From positions 32,001-96,000 of the IMG/VR virus record IMGVR_UViG_3300027792_000013: a stretch of DNA of 64,000 nt; one strand, given 5' to 3'. This document shows, piece by piece, positions 40,213 to 49,927 of the stretch. Under the pieces are notes generated by a model. It had not been told where the DNA came from, did no database searches, and saw only the letters and a program-made list of their open reading frames with translations. Within the stretch, counting starts at the first letter, position 1; each line of letters starts with the position of its first letter. Source of the stretch: a virus. The translations under genes were made by a program, and so were the position numbers.

Positions 40213-40728
40213 TTATTGATTGGGATTAATGGTTGTAAATTCATCTATCCACGCCAAAATTTTTCTGGTATTTTGTTGTTGAATTGGTTCTGGTTCGGAT
40301 TCTTCTCGTAAAATAGGTTTTATTTTTTTGATATTGTTACGGATTCGAACTTCATACAAACTTTCATCACATAATTTGTCTTTCTCTTGTTTAATAATAT
40401 CCAACTGGACGTGTTCTTTGTTTAGTTTTTGCATGGAACACGTCCAGATAATTTGGGTAAAAAACGCATAGGGATTTTTGGTTTTTTTGGGGTCAAAATT
40501 TCTAGCATATCTAATACAGTATTCAACCCCATCTTGAATCCAATCTTCTATCCAGGTATACCCACACCAATTGTATCGTCTTGCTATATTTTGGGCCAAA
40601 ATCAAAAACATTCGAGCTAATTTGTCATGAATTCTTGTTGATGAATCCTTCTTTTTATCTTCAATATATTTGCAAATCTCAATAAAAAACTCTTGATTGT
40701 TCAAATAAATATTTTTTTGTAGTTCCAT
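40213..40728 (-). CDS. gp55: late transcription sigma factor
   Basis: YLNNQEF, IA..IA...NW.GYT, DG.E.C..Y..NFDP.K..NPYAFFTQI. Confidence 0.93.
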   Translation of the reverse strand: MELQKNIYLNNQEFFIEICKYIEDKKKDSSTRIHDKLARMFLILAQNIARRYNWCGYTWIEDWIQDGVEYCIRYARNFDPKKTKNPYAFFTQIIWTCSMQKLNKEHVQLDIIKQEKDKLCDESLYEVRIRNNIKKIKPILREESEPEPIQQQNTRKILAWIDEFTTINPNQ

Positions 40729-40770
40729 ATATTAATTATAATATATTTTTCGTGGTTTCTATAAAAAATT

Positions 40771-43077
40771 TTAAATTTTTAAAAAAGTACTATACAAAAT
40801 CGTGTTTTCATTGTATTGTTCTTTAAAAAATTTGGAGACATTAAATAAATTGTAGAAAAACAGCTTATTTTTTGTAGTTGTAACATTAAACTTTTTATTA
40901 TTTAATAATAAGTCTTTATATTGTTTTAAATGATCAATAATTTTTTTTACTCTATAGAATGTAAGCGCTGTACAGCGCTTAGTGGCCTTTAGGCCACTAA
41001 TAAAAATTTGTACTATCAATTTTACATCAATTTTTCTTTGCAATAAATTTGTACAATCAATAGTACAATCATTTGATAAACGAACGTTATTTTGTTTTTC
41101 TTCTTCGTTTCTAAACGGTTTTGTAAATTCCATCCATTTTTTATCATATTCAGAATCTTGATCTGAAAATGATCCCATATATATATTTTTTTGTTTCAAC
41201 ATTACAGTTAACGTATTTAAGAATTCAAAAACGTTTTTATACTTTAATTGTAAACCTTTAGATTGATACATTCCAGTGTAAGTAAAACATTTATCCGATA
41301 AGTAGTTGTTATGAACTTTATCAATTAAAGGCACGTTGAAAATTACATATACATTTTCAACTTTGTCAGTACTTCTATATCCTAAACATCTACCCAAGGC
41401 CTGTTGAATCTTATCAGTAATCAATAGATATACAATGTGGTTTTCGAAATTGCTACTATCAAAAAATTCATAGAGATTTTGTGTGCTTTTCAAAATTTGT
41501 GGAATAAATAGGGCTTTCATAGCTGTTATTTCCTCTGGACTTGGATATGTAATCATTATTCCCACATTCTTTTTCGTTTTTGAGTTTTTCAGGTTTTCTT
41601 GAATGGTATTAATTCCTTTGATATTAACTAAATTGAATTCTTGCCCCATACTATTACCAAAAAACAAATTGTCATCGATATCAAATAATTTACAAGCTAA
41701 TTTTTTAGCAAATACGAGTCTATCTCTACCAGACAAAACCAAATCAGATTTTTTAACAGAATTTAAACCTTCGACCCCAATGTAATGTAGTTTGGGTTCC
41801 AATATGTTGTGATTGATATCAAGTTTTTTTAGATCTGCTCCGGATTTTTCGCTAACATAGTCCATGATAACAGAACTCATTTTTTCAGTGCTTAGAATTA
41901 TGTTAACCAAATTTTTTGACTGGAACCAATATCGATCTCTGATTTCAACCACACTTTTTTGTTTATAAGTCTCAATTTCAAGGTATTCTGATTCAATTTT
42001 TATGCTTCTACATTTTTTTTCTTTAAGTAGTTTGTCAAATTGTCGAATTTTAGGATCTTCAATGTTTTTTATTTTATAAGTATTTGAAAGCGCCAACAAT
42101 AACTTTTTGTCATAATTTTTATCATTTTGTTTTGTTACTATTTTTACTGGATTATATACATTTTGTTCACATTCATCTTGTACACAAATGCAAGCAAATC
42201 CATTGTATAACCAACTAATAGATGGCCACAAATGTTCGAATTTTTTAGTTGTCATCAAAAAGATTCTATCTTTTTGTTTGAATTGATTGACCTGGGAATT
42301 GTATATATCCATAATCATTCTGTCTTCATCGGCATCGATTAAACTTGAAGAATCGAGAAAGGCCCTAATTGATTTTGACTGTCTTTCGAATTCTGTTAAA
42401 CTATTTTTGTAAGCTTCGATTTCTTCTGGGGTTTGTAGATTTCGTAATTCTGTGATACTATGATCAATGATTTTTTTAACACTGCGATGATCCACATCTA
42501 CCATTTCAGTATATAGACTTTGGTACTCATTTTTTATTCTTAACATGTCTTTTTGTAGTTCTTGATCGGCAACAAATCCACGTCTATTTTCGTATACAAC
42601 ATTCAAAATAATGTCAAGATTTGAATAGATAATCATATACGGTTTTTGTAGTGTTATCATCAATTTTTCGATTTCTTCGAGTCTTTTATGAGTTGAACAA
42701 CAAAATATATTGCCTAAACCTAACTCCGATAATGCGCAATATGATTTTCCGGTTCCTTCGTTTGAAAGCACCAAATAGAAATTTCCATTGTATATAAGAC
42801 TTTTGTAATCAATTGATTTATATACATCCTTAAAAAATTGTTTCAAATCTCGTTGCATTTGGTCTTTGTCCGGAGTTTGTATTTTATCAAAATCATTTTT
42901 AGAAAAGATCAGACTATGTTTATCATAATGTTTACCGATTTGGGTTTCATCATTTTGTAAAATAAAATCGATGTTATTACTTTTACTGTTTTTACTAAAT
43001 TGCATCGAATTTTCGAATTCGCCCCGAAAAATCAATTCCGGATGTAAATGTGATACTTGTGACAAAAATTCTTTCAT
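40771..43077 (-). CDS. large divergent P-loop protein, SF2 helicase-like
   Basis: Walker A SNEGTGKS, Walker B-like CVQDEC, motif VI-like QQALGRCLGYR. Confidence 0.6.
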   Translation of the reverse strand: MKEFLSQVSHLHPELIFRGEFENSMQFSKNSKSNNIDFILQNDETQIGKHYDKHSLIFSKNDFDKIQTPDKDQMQRDLKQFFKDVYKSIDYKSLIYNGNFYLVLSNEGTGKSYCALSELGLGNIFCCSTHKRLEEIEKLMITLQKPYMIIYSNLDIILNVVYENRRGFVADQELQKDMLRIKNEYQSLYTEMVDVDHRSVKKIIDHSITELRNLQTPEEIEAYKNSLTEFERQSKSIRAFLDSSSLIDADEDRMIMDIYNSQVNQFKQKDRIFLMTTKKFEHLWPSISWLYNGFACICVQDECEQNVYNPVKIVTKQNDKNYDKKLLLALSNTYKIKNIEDPKIRQFDKLLKEKKCRSIKIESEYLEIETYKQKSVVEIRDRYWFQSKNLVNIILSTEKMSSVIMDYVSEKSGADLKKLDINHNILEPKLHYIGVEGLNSVKKSDLVLSGRDRLVFAKKLACKLFDIDDNLFFGNSMGQEFNLVNIKGINTIQENLKNSKTKKNVGIMITYPSPEEITAMKALFIPQILKSTQNLYEFFDSSNFENHIVYLLITDKIQQALGRCLGYRSTDKVENVYVIFNVPLIDKVHNNYLSDKCFTYTGMYQSKGLQLKYKNVFEFLNTLTVMLKQKNIYMGSFSDQDSEYDKKWMEFTKPFRNEEEKQNNVRLSNDCTIDCTNLLQRKIDVKLIVQIFISGLKATKRCTALTFYRVKKIIDHLKQYKDLLLNNKKFNVTTTKNKLFFYNLFNVSKFFKEQYNENTILYSTFLKI

Positions 43078-43099
43078 TTTTGGCCTCTATAATTTTAGA

Positions 43100-43351
43100 T
43101 CAAATTGTTGGAAACAAAGTAGATATTTTAGTAGCTATAGTTTCTGCGCTACTTTTGTCTTCAAAAAACAAATCAAATCTACTACCATCAACCCAAAACG
43201 AAAACCTATACAATTGAATTGTTTTTTTCGAATTGGGCACATTTGGATCAATAATTTCTTCTAGAGTTTCTTGTACATCCGAATAAGCAGACAGTAATGA
43301 TTTTCGAAAACAATAACCCCCAACATTAATAAAGTCTTTGGAATTGTCCAT
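43100..43351 (-). CDS. hypothetical protein
   Basis: 83-aa ORF with GGAGG RBS. Confidence 0.65.
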   Translation of the reverse strand: MDNSKDFINVGGYCFRKSLLSAYSDVQETLEEIIDPNVPNSKKTIQLYRFSFWVDGSRFDLFFEDKSSAETIATKISTLFPTI

Positions 43352-43690
43352 TTAATCCTCCATATTTAATTTATCTTGTTTTATAGCATCAATCAATCCC
43401 ATTTCACTTGTGGTAAATTTTCTGTATTGTTTTATTATGTCAATAATTTTTTCATAGATTCGTTCTTGTTCTATTTCTATTAATCTCATACGAATAGTAA
43501 CATTGACATTTTCCGAAAAATAGAGATGTATTTCAGGTTCATCCGGTAATTTACAAAATGAGACCGATTTTAGTTCATCAAGAAAACCTAGGAATCTATT
43601 TTTTTCTAGTTCTATGATCAAAATAGACAGATTGAAATTGTACTTTAAAAAAAATTTTTCCACTGTATGTGGTTCAATGTAAAAATTCAT
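43352..43690 (-). CDS. hypothetical protein
   Basis: 112-aa ORF with GGAGG RBS. Confidence 0.65.
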   Translation of the reverse strand: MNFYIEPHTVEKFFLKYNFNLSILIIELEKNRFLGFLDELKSVSFCKLPDEPEIHLYFSENVNVTIRMRLIEIEQERIYEKIIDIIKQYRKFTTSEMGLIDAIKQDKLNMED

Positions 43691-43692
43691 AG

Positions 43693-45219
43693 TTATCCTC
43701 CATTATTGTATTTTTCTAACCGTATTGTTTTTGTAACAACCGGAAATCCCTCTTTTTTATAGATTTTGAGTCTTTCTTTTCCGTGTTCATATGCTATATT
43801 ATGACATGTTTTTTTTGGATTATTGAAAACAAAGGTTAAATCATCAGTAAACTCTACGAAATTCATATTTTGCTTTGTATCTGATTTTCGTAGTCCCCTC
43901 CCAATTAACTGCAAAAGTCGAATCTGAGTTTTTATTGGAATTGGACAAACAACATTTGTTAATTCAATTATGTTTACGCCCATTCCGAAAATCTGAATTG
44001 AAGCCACAACTATACAATTTACAGAGGTTTCAATTTGTCTTCGTATTTTTTCTCTTTCAATGGCTGTTATACTACCGTCGATATAATACACTGGTCGATT
44101 TGAAATTTGTTTCAAAATGTTTTCAAGATTTCTTCCGTATTCAATTCTATTGAAAACCACAAGTGTATTTCCATTTAATTTCGTTATAAACTCAGATATT
44201 AATTTATTGCGTTTTTCATGGCTCAATATGTATGTTAATTCTCTTTGGTAATCGCGGTCACTATTTAAATATGATCCGCCTATTAGTCGGCATTCATCTA
44301 GTGGATATTTCAAAACAACATTATATACCATTAGTTTTGCCAATACATTTTCTTCTATTAAAGTTTTTGTCTCTACAATTTCGTAAATGTTTCCTAAAAG
44401 TCCGGTGATTACATTTTTATGAGTTACGAATGAATCAAGACTTCCAGTTACTCCAAGTCTCCATGAAGCATTAATAGAGTTTTCACATATTTTTTTAATA
44501 GAATCAGTTTTTGCCTCGTGAACCTCATCAATTATTAAAGATTTAAATTTGTGAAAATAGCTTTCGTCCTGGTCATAAATGCTTTGCCAGGTACTGATAT
44601 AGATTTGTTTGTTGTCGTCTTTCTTTACTCCACCTGTAATAGCATGAATCATATTTTCTATTTTACCATAATTTTTATTATATGCCAAAAAATCACTTTG
44701 CATTTGCAAAACTAAATTTATACGAGGAACAACCAATAGGACCTTTTCATTTTTACTGAGTACATGTTCAAGTAGAAATTTAATGTAAAGGTAAATTGAA
44801 AAAGATTTTCCGCTTCCAGTTGGGCATTTGCCGACGAATTTTTGTTCTCGTAGAGCTCCCAAAACCAAATCGTGTTGATACCAACGTATATCAAAATTTC
44901 CTTTATATAATCCAATTTCTTTTTTTATATCTTCTAAATCAATTTTTTCAATTTGGAATTTCGGATCCAATTTATAAGGTATACTATATTTTTGCAGAAT
45001 TTTCTCAACTTTATATAATAATCCAAGATAAGTTGAAGATGTTCTCAAATTAAACAATCTAATTTTTCCATCCCATCTACCAGATTTATACATTGGCATA
45101 AACCAAGCATTTGGAACCATGAAAGTAAAACTTTCAGACAATGTTTGTTTTATTCCTTCGTCATCAGTATGAATCTTTATAAATGATTCATTTAGTTTTT
45201 CAATAAAAACATTATCCAT
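43693..45219 (-). CDS. uvsW: SF2 DNA helicase UvsW (start revised to MDNVF at 45219)
   Basis: WDGKIRLF, RWYQ, PTGSGKS, STWQS, DEVH, TGS, QLIGRGLR. Confidence 0.95.
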   Translation of the reverse strand: MDNVFIEKLNESFIKIHTDDEGIKQTLSESFTFMVPNAWFMPMYKSGRWDGKIRLFNLRTSSTYLGLLYKVEKILQKYSIPYKLDPKFQIEKIDLEDIKKEIGLYKGNFDIRWYQHDLVLGALREQKFVGKCPTGSGKSFSIYLYIKFLLEHVLSKNEKVLLVVPRINLVLQMQSDFLAYNKNYGKIENMIHAITGGVKKDDNKQIYISTWQSIYDQDESYFHKFKSLIIDEVHEAKTDSIKKICENSINASWRLGVTGSLDSFVTHKNVITGLLGNIYEIVETKTLIEENVLAKLMVYNVVLKYPLDECRLIGGSYLNSDRDYQRELTYILSHEKRNKLISEFITKLNGNTLVVFNRIEYGRNLENILKQISNRPVYYIDGSITAIEREKIRRQIETSVNCIVVASIQIFGMGVNIIELTNVVCPIPIKTQIRLLQLIGRGLRKSDTKQNMNFVEFTDDLTFVFNNPKKTCHNIAYEHGKERLKIYKKEGFPVVTKTIRLEKYNNGG

Positions 45220-45613
45220 GTCCCTCCAAAAATTTTTGATGATCAATAATATTTTTAATACACCAAACTCTCTCTCTGAAACTAATAATAACTTCTTTTA
45301 GATATTTTATGATTTCAGTTTGTAATTCAATAGTTTCTTTCAAGTTAGCAATTTCATAATCTCCATTGAGAAGCATATCTAATTCTTTATTTGTTTCTGG
45401 GATCAAAGTATGTTTACATTTATAATGTAACATTTTTGATGAAATTTTTATTGCCAATTCTTTTTGTAATTTGATAACCCTTTTGTTTTCATCTAATAGT
45501 AAATCAATGTAAAATTGGGTCAAATAAGGAGCTTTTGCCGCTTCATCAACCAGTTTTGTTTTGTCAATCCATAGTTCTTTTTTTGCTTTTTCTTGAAGTT
45601 CTTCAATTGTCAT
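45212..45613 (-). CDS. uvsY: recombination mediator
   Basis: 133-aa helical protein adjacent to uvsW; ID...L..E..K.P and R.W.IKNII...KF..G. Confidence 0.85.
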   Translation of the reverse strand: MTIEELQEKAKKELWIDKTKLVDEAAKAPYLTQFYIDLLLDENKRVIKLQKELAIKISSKMLHYKCKHTLIPETNKELDMLLNGDYEIANLKETIELQTEIIKYLKEVIISFRERVWCIKNIIDHQKFLEGHG

Positions 45614-45632
45614 ATTATATTACCATTATTGT

Positions 45633-45659
45633 ATTATAAATTAAAACTAAAAATAACTT
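45633..45659 (-). promoter_or_regulatory. AAGTT-N16-TATAAT promoter for uvsY-uvsW
   Basis: TAAAGTT, 16 nt, TATAAT. Confidence 0.7.
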
Positions 45660-46387
45660 TAGGCATAAAAAAAATCAATGGGTAAACTGTATTTTGTTTT
45701 TAGTTCTTCCATACATTCCTCTATAATTTTACTTCCTCTTTCGAGAATTTTTTCACCGTTTAACTGACTATTTCCTGGTAATGGAACCCCCGAATATTTG
45801 TCTAAATTAGCTCCCCATTGTTCCAAGAACCTCCCATAAACATATTTTTTCATCCATTCTTCGTTGAAAATTCCAGTAACAGTGGAGGAATCCAAGGATG
45901 TAAAAACTTTCAGTATATAAACTGAACTGTCATCAATAACACCTGGTGGGGTTGTAAAATTAATGATGTGATCAATTGGGTTGAAATTAAATGTCAACAT
46001 TGCCCGATATCTACTATCAATCATTTTGAGTTTTTCTAATAGAAGTTCATATCCAACCAAATCCATATCAGACATGATATACCGGGCATCTTGCATAAAA
46101 TCCCACTGTAAAGAAAAAGTTGGTTCCCCTAATGCGGTTGTAGTTGTTCTCAAAGCTTCAGTAACAGCTATAATATTTTCATCTAATTCATAGCTGGTTT
46201 CACCGTCAACTACTGATAGAATCAAAAACCCAGATTTAAAACCATCATAATGATATTTACCAAATAATTGGAGAGCATCTTCAATTATCAGACTTTCTTG
46301 TTCAGGGGTGATTTCAACAGTTACAGCCCCATCACCACATCTCATTAAGGCATATTTTTTTAGACCATCGGCACTCGTTATTGACAT
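45659..46387 (-). CDS. gp13: neck protein
   Basis: LKKYAL...G....VE....Q.....EDAL.....YHYDG; WMKKY....QWG.NL.KY.GV.LPG....NG. Confidence 0.92.
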   Translation of the reverse strand: MSITSADGLKKYALMRCGDGAVTVEITPEQESLIIEDALQLFGKYHYDGFKSGFLILSVVDGETSYELDENIIAVTEALRTTTTALGEPTFSLQWDFMQDARYIMSDMDLVGYELLLEKLKMIDSRYRAMLTFNFNPIDHIINFTTPPGVIDDSSVYILKVFTSLDSSTVTGIFNEEWMKKYVYGRFLEQWGANLDKYSGVPLPGNSQLNGEKILERGSKIIEECMEELKTKYSLPIDFFYA

Positions 46388-46938
46388 TATTTTTTAGTCT
46401 TTTTTGATGCTGACTTTGTTGGTTTTTTTGGTTTTTCTGTTTTAATTATTGATGGTTGGTCAGGAATTTTGGGGGTTATTGAACTTAGAATCTCTTGATT
46501 TTTTTCAATAACAGGATCTTTGGTTTTGTTTAAAATTGTTGGTTCTACTGGAATTACTGGAGCTGGTTCTACTGGAATTACTGGAGCTGGTTCTACTGGA
46601 ATTACTGGAGCTGGTTCTACTGGAGGCGAAGCATCAATAACAGTAATTTTAGGTTCAATCTCTGGTTCTTTTGAAATTTCACTCATTAGGTTGCTATAAA
46701 ATTCTTTATTGATTATGGGATCAGTTCCAGTTTCCATTGTCACTTCCGCCTGGGATTTAAATTGCTCATTTTTATGAGCACCAGCGATTTCATCACTACT
46801 AATAAATTTCAACATTCCTGGATATTTTTCGGACAATCCTTCTGGTAGCCCACGATTTAGCCCCTCATGGATTCTATACGTTTTCCCCGGGACATTCATT
46901 GTCCACTTGTAGTTCAACAAATTAAAATATGTAGCCAT
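46387..46938 (-). CDS. late hypothetical protein with PVEPAPVI repeats and Lys-rich tail
   Basis: Late promoter at 46959-46966; GGAGG RBS. Confidence 0.7.
   Translation of the reverse strand: MATYFNLLNYKWTMNVPGKTYRIHEGLNRGLPEGLSEKYPGMLKFISSDEIAGAHKNEQFKSQAEVTMETGTDPIINKEFYSNLMSEISKEPEIEPKITVIDASPPVEPAPVIPVEPAPVIPVEPAPVIPVEPTILNKTKDPVIEKNQEILSSITPKIPDQPSIIKTEKPKKPTKSASKKTKK
46540..46624. repeat. 24-bp tandem repeat, about 3.5 copies (tggttctactggaattactggagc)
   Basis: Read directly; encodes (PVEPAPVI)n. Confidence 0.95.
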
Positions 46939-46958
46939 GTTAACCTCCTAACAATACC

Positions 46959-46966
46959 TATTTATA
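46959..46966 (-). promoter_or_regulatory. T4-type late promoter TATAAATA
   Basis: Exact consensus, intergenic. Confidence 0.75.
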
Positions 46967-46968
46967 AT

Positions 46969-47490
46969 TTAGTCAGTAAAATCGAATGTTGAATAAAGCA
47001 AAGTGGCATCACAAAATAGGGTATCAGGATCAACTCTAGTAGAAAATCCTAGATTTGATAAATTTTTTACCCAGCATTGATGAAAAGCAATTTTACTAAC
47101 TATATTTTTTTTATTTGAAAGCAAATAAAGAACACCTTCGGAAGTGTCAGTTTGATTTCTTAAATGTAACATAGCATCAATTGTTAACTGTTGATTTTCT
47201 GGAAGTGGAGAAAAATCTTTATTAGCTAACATCCATCTAAACAAGTTGATATAATTACTTAGATTTTCATCAACCACAAAAGTAAATCTAAGTTCACCGA
47301 AATCAATACTAGTCCCTGGTTCTCTTTCCGTATAGAATGGATTCTGTTTATTAATTACACCAATACTAACATCTGGTATTGTGGTATCAACTATCATATA
47401 TGAAAAGTCAGGAAACTTTTCTAAAGTAAAAAAGAAGTTCGTGGGATTCGTATGATTTAATATTAAATGTTCAGCGGTTTGATATATCAT
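46969..47490 (-). CDS. gp3: tail completion / tube terminator protein
   Basis: NPTNF.F, P.V.IG, PG....FG.L...F.VDE.L.NY..LF.WM. Confidence 0.85.
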   Translation of the reverse strand: MIYQTAEHLILNHTNPTNFFFTLEKFPDFSYMIVDTTIPDVSIGVINKQNPFYTEREPGTSIDFGELRFTFVVDENLSNYINLFRWMLANKDFSPLPENQQLTIDAMLHLRNQTDTSEGVLYLLSNKKNIVSKIAFHQCWVKNLSNLGFSTRVDPDTLFCDATLLYSTFDFTD

Positions 47491-49082
47491 ATTTCCTCTG
47501 GTTCATTTTCGGGTTCTTTGTTAGGTTGTTGTCCTGGTAATTTATTTCCCTGTGGTTTACCAAATGAAACTTCGTTTTCTCCATTTTGTTCACTGTCATT
47601 TTGTTCCTCTTTTAATTTTTTCAATTTTTTCTTTTTTTCTTCCCATTCTTGTTCTGATAGTTTCAAAACATTTATGGCGAGTTCATCATCAGTAAAAAAT
47701 CTGCCTACATATGGGTCTAACATTTGAAGACGCTCAATTCGCATCCGTTCCAATTCGGCTTCTTTGATTTCTTTAAACAGATTGTCTTCACTGAATTCAA
47801 AGCAAATGAATTTTCCAAATGATTGGAAATCTTCGTCATCACAAATTCCTTTAAAAAGCAATTGACGTCGAAGTAATTCTAAAAATAGTTTTGAAAATTT
47901 GCGTCTAACTTTAGATATAAATTTTGAAAAATTAACTTCGTCTCTTTCTATTTCAGTCGTTCTTCCAAAATTTAAAACTGACTTTTCTTCGATTCCTAAA
48001 CGACTGGTTGGAATTCTCATGGATTCATATACTTTCTTGAGGAAATAATAAAGATCATCAAGTTCACCTAGATTTTCTCCACCGCTTAAGGTATCAACCG
48101 TAGTTCCCCTACCATCAGCCGTTTTTGGTAACCAAATATCTTCGGTAGTTGCTATAACATTTCGTTCATTTAAAAGAGTTCCAGAGGATGCATCATAAAT
48201 GATGTTGTTCTTGAATTTCATCGCCAGTTGTTTCATGTATTCTTCGGCTTTAACTTTAGGTAAATAACCGACATCAACCGCATATACCCTTTTTTCTGGT
48301 GCTCGAATTAATCTGTAAATTATAATACAATCTTCAATAAGTCTCAAATTGTTAATTGCTTTTATTGATCTATGTAAATATGATAATAGTCTTCCGGTAA
48401 TTCTATCATATAACCCAGATCCAACGAAAACTATTAATTCAGTAGGTATTTTAGTTGAAGTATATTCAAAATTTGTCATAAAATAACTTGCTTGAAACAA
48501 GTTTTCTTTTGGTGGTGTATATATAGGAAATACCTTTTTTGTTTTTCTGTTTAAATCAAATGTTATATTTACGGGGTCAATTCTATTGAGCTTGACTATG
48601 CCATCTTTTACATTATCTTTTTTGACAACAACCTCGTAACATATTCGACCATCGATATACCAAGACATAAATATTTCGTCGCCAATATTTTCGAAATCCA
48701 TTAGAGACAAAATGTTATCAAACTCTTCAGTAATTTTGTCTACTGTATCTTTACTGATTTGAAGTTTTTCTGGAATTTTAGAGCAATTAATTTTTACTAT
48801 TTTGTCTTCTGGATCTGAAGCAATAGCTTCGTTTACAATTTCTTCTAATGCCCGATTAATTTCCGGATATTCACTAATTCTACGATATAAATCAATTGAA
48901 GATTTCTCATTTATAGGAGTTGCTGTTTTACCATCGATTTGTTGGGAATATTCCCCAACTGGCATTTCTTCGGACCACTCGGTAGTTTTTTTGGTGGTTT
49001 CACTATCATCTGAAATAAATTTCTTTTTTAGCTCTACTTCTCTACCGTAAAAAATTTCTTGTAACAACGTTGTTATACTCAT
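47487..49082 (-). CDS. gp20: portal protein
   Basis: YR.I..YPEI..A..EIVNEAI, WYIDGR, SYLH..IK..N.LR..ED...IYR..RAPE.R. Confidence 0.96.
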   Translation of the reverse strand: MSITTLLQEIFYGREVELKKKFISDDSETTKKTTEWSEEMPVGEYSQQIDGKTATPINEKSSIDLYRRISEYPEINRALEEIVNEAIASDPEDKIVKINCSKIPEKLQISKDTVDKITEEFDNILSLMDFENIGDEIFMSWYIDGRICYEVVVKKDNVKDGIVKLNRIDPVNITFDLNRKTKKVFPIYTPPKENLFQASYFMTNFEYTSTKIPTELIVFVGSGLYDRITGRLLSYLHRSIKAINNLRLIEDCIIIYRLIRAPEKRVYAVDVGYLPKVKAEEYMKQLAMKFKNNIIYDASSGTLLNERNVIATTEDIWLPKTADGRGTTVDTLSGGENLGELDDLYYFLKKVYESMRIPTSRLGIEEKSVLNFGRTTEIERDEVNFSKFISKVRRKFSKLFLELLRRQLLFKGICDDEDFQSFGKFICFEFSEDNLFKEIKEAELERMRIERLQMLDPYVGRFFTDDELAINVLKLSEQEWEEKKKKLKKLKEEQNDSEQNGENEVSFGKPQGNKLPGQQPNKEPENEPEEI

Positions 49083-49096
49083 TTATTCTCCACAAT

Positions 49097-49104
49097 TATT
49101 TATA
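49097..49104 (-). promoter_or_regulatory. T4-type late promoter TATAAATA
   Basis: Exact consensus just upstream of the portal gene. Confidence 0.75.
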
Positions 49105-49927
49105 ATCTTCTTCTTGGTCTTCTCATTTTTATTTTTTTCGGTCTAATTGGTTTTATTTTTTTCATTTTTGTGGTTTTCATTGCTTTGCTAACCCTCGTTT
49201 TCATTTGTTTTAAAGTTTCGGGTCTAGCTTTTTTAGCCTTTAATTTTCTTTTTTTAGCCTCAAAAATTCTTTTATAGATATCTTGATTTGACTCTCTTTT
49301 AAATTCTTTAATTGGAATTTTTTCTTTGACTTCTGGAGATCGTTTTCTTTTTAATCCCCGGCTCTCTTTGATTTTAACGTTCCGTTCCTCGGTGGTTTTC
49401 ATTTTCTTTCTGGTATCACGATATACTTGAGCGGCTGTAATATCTACCCACTTTGCTCCAGGAGATTTTACAAGATCTAACCATTTGCTATACGGAATTT
49501 CATAAACTTTTCTGCCCATATGTGATGACAAATATCGTTTTATTATTGCCAACCCTTCTTGGCTAAAAATTTTATATGCACTTTTTATATCGGAATATGG
49601 AAGATTTATTGGTGAATTTTTTTTAACAGCTTTTTGATTTGTTACAATAATTTTTTTGATAAAATATTCTCTAGTTCTGGGTGGTAAATAATGAAGGTTT
49701 AATCCTAACCAACCTCTAGATTTTCCTGCGGGGTATAATCCAATACAAAGACTTAATGGATGGGCATCATACCAAGGAAGTCTCCTTGGGGTTTCATGAT
49801 ACAATTTTGAAGTATAATCGAACGTATATAGTTTTCCTATTTGAATTTTTATAGCTCTGGTAGTTTGAAATTGCTGAACAAACTGTTGCCAAAATTTTTC
49901 TTGTTGTGGTGAAATAACATTTGCCAT
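49100..49927 (-). CDS. gp2: DNA end protector protein with long basic C-terminal extension
   Basis: GKLYTFDY, LPWYD.HPL, GLNLHYLPP..R, IKRYL. Confidence 0.88.
   Translation of the reverse strand: MANVISPQQEKFWQQFVQQFQTTRAIKIQIGKLYTFDYTSKLYHETPRRLPWYDAHPLSLCIGLYPAGKSRGWLGLNLHYLPPRTREYFIKKIIVTNQKAVKKNSPINLPYSDIKSAYKIFSQEGLAIIKRYLSSHMGRKVYEIPYSKWLDLVKSPGAKWVDITAAQVYRDTRKKMKTTEERNVKIKESRGLKRKRSPEVKEKIPIKEFKRESNQDIYKRIFEAKKRKLKAKKARPETLKQMKTRVSKAMKTTKMKKIKPIRPKKIKMRRPRRRL

Noticed and set aside
46540-46624. Possible CRISPR mini-array
   Set aside because: The repeats are contiguous without spacers and in frame within a coding sequence
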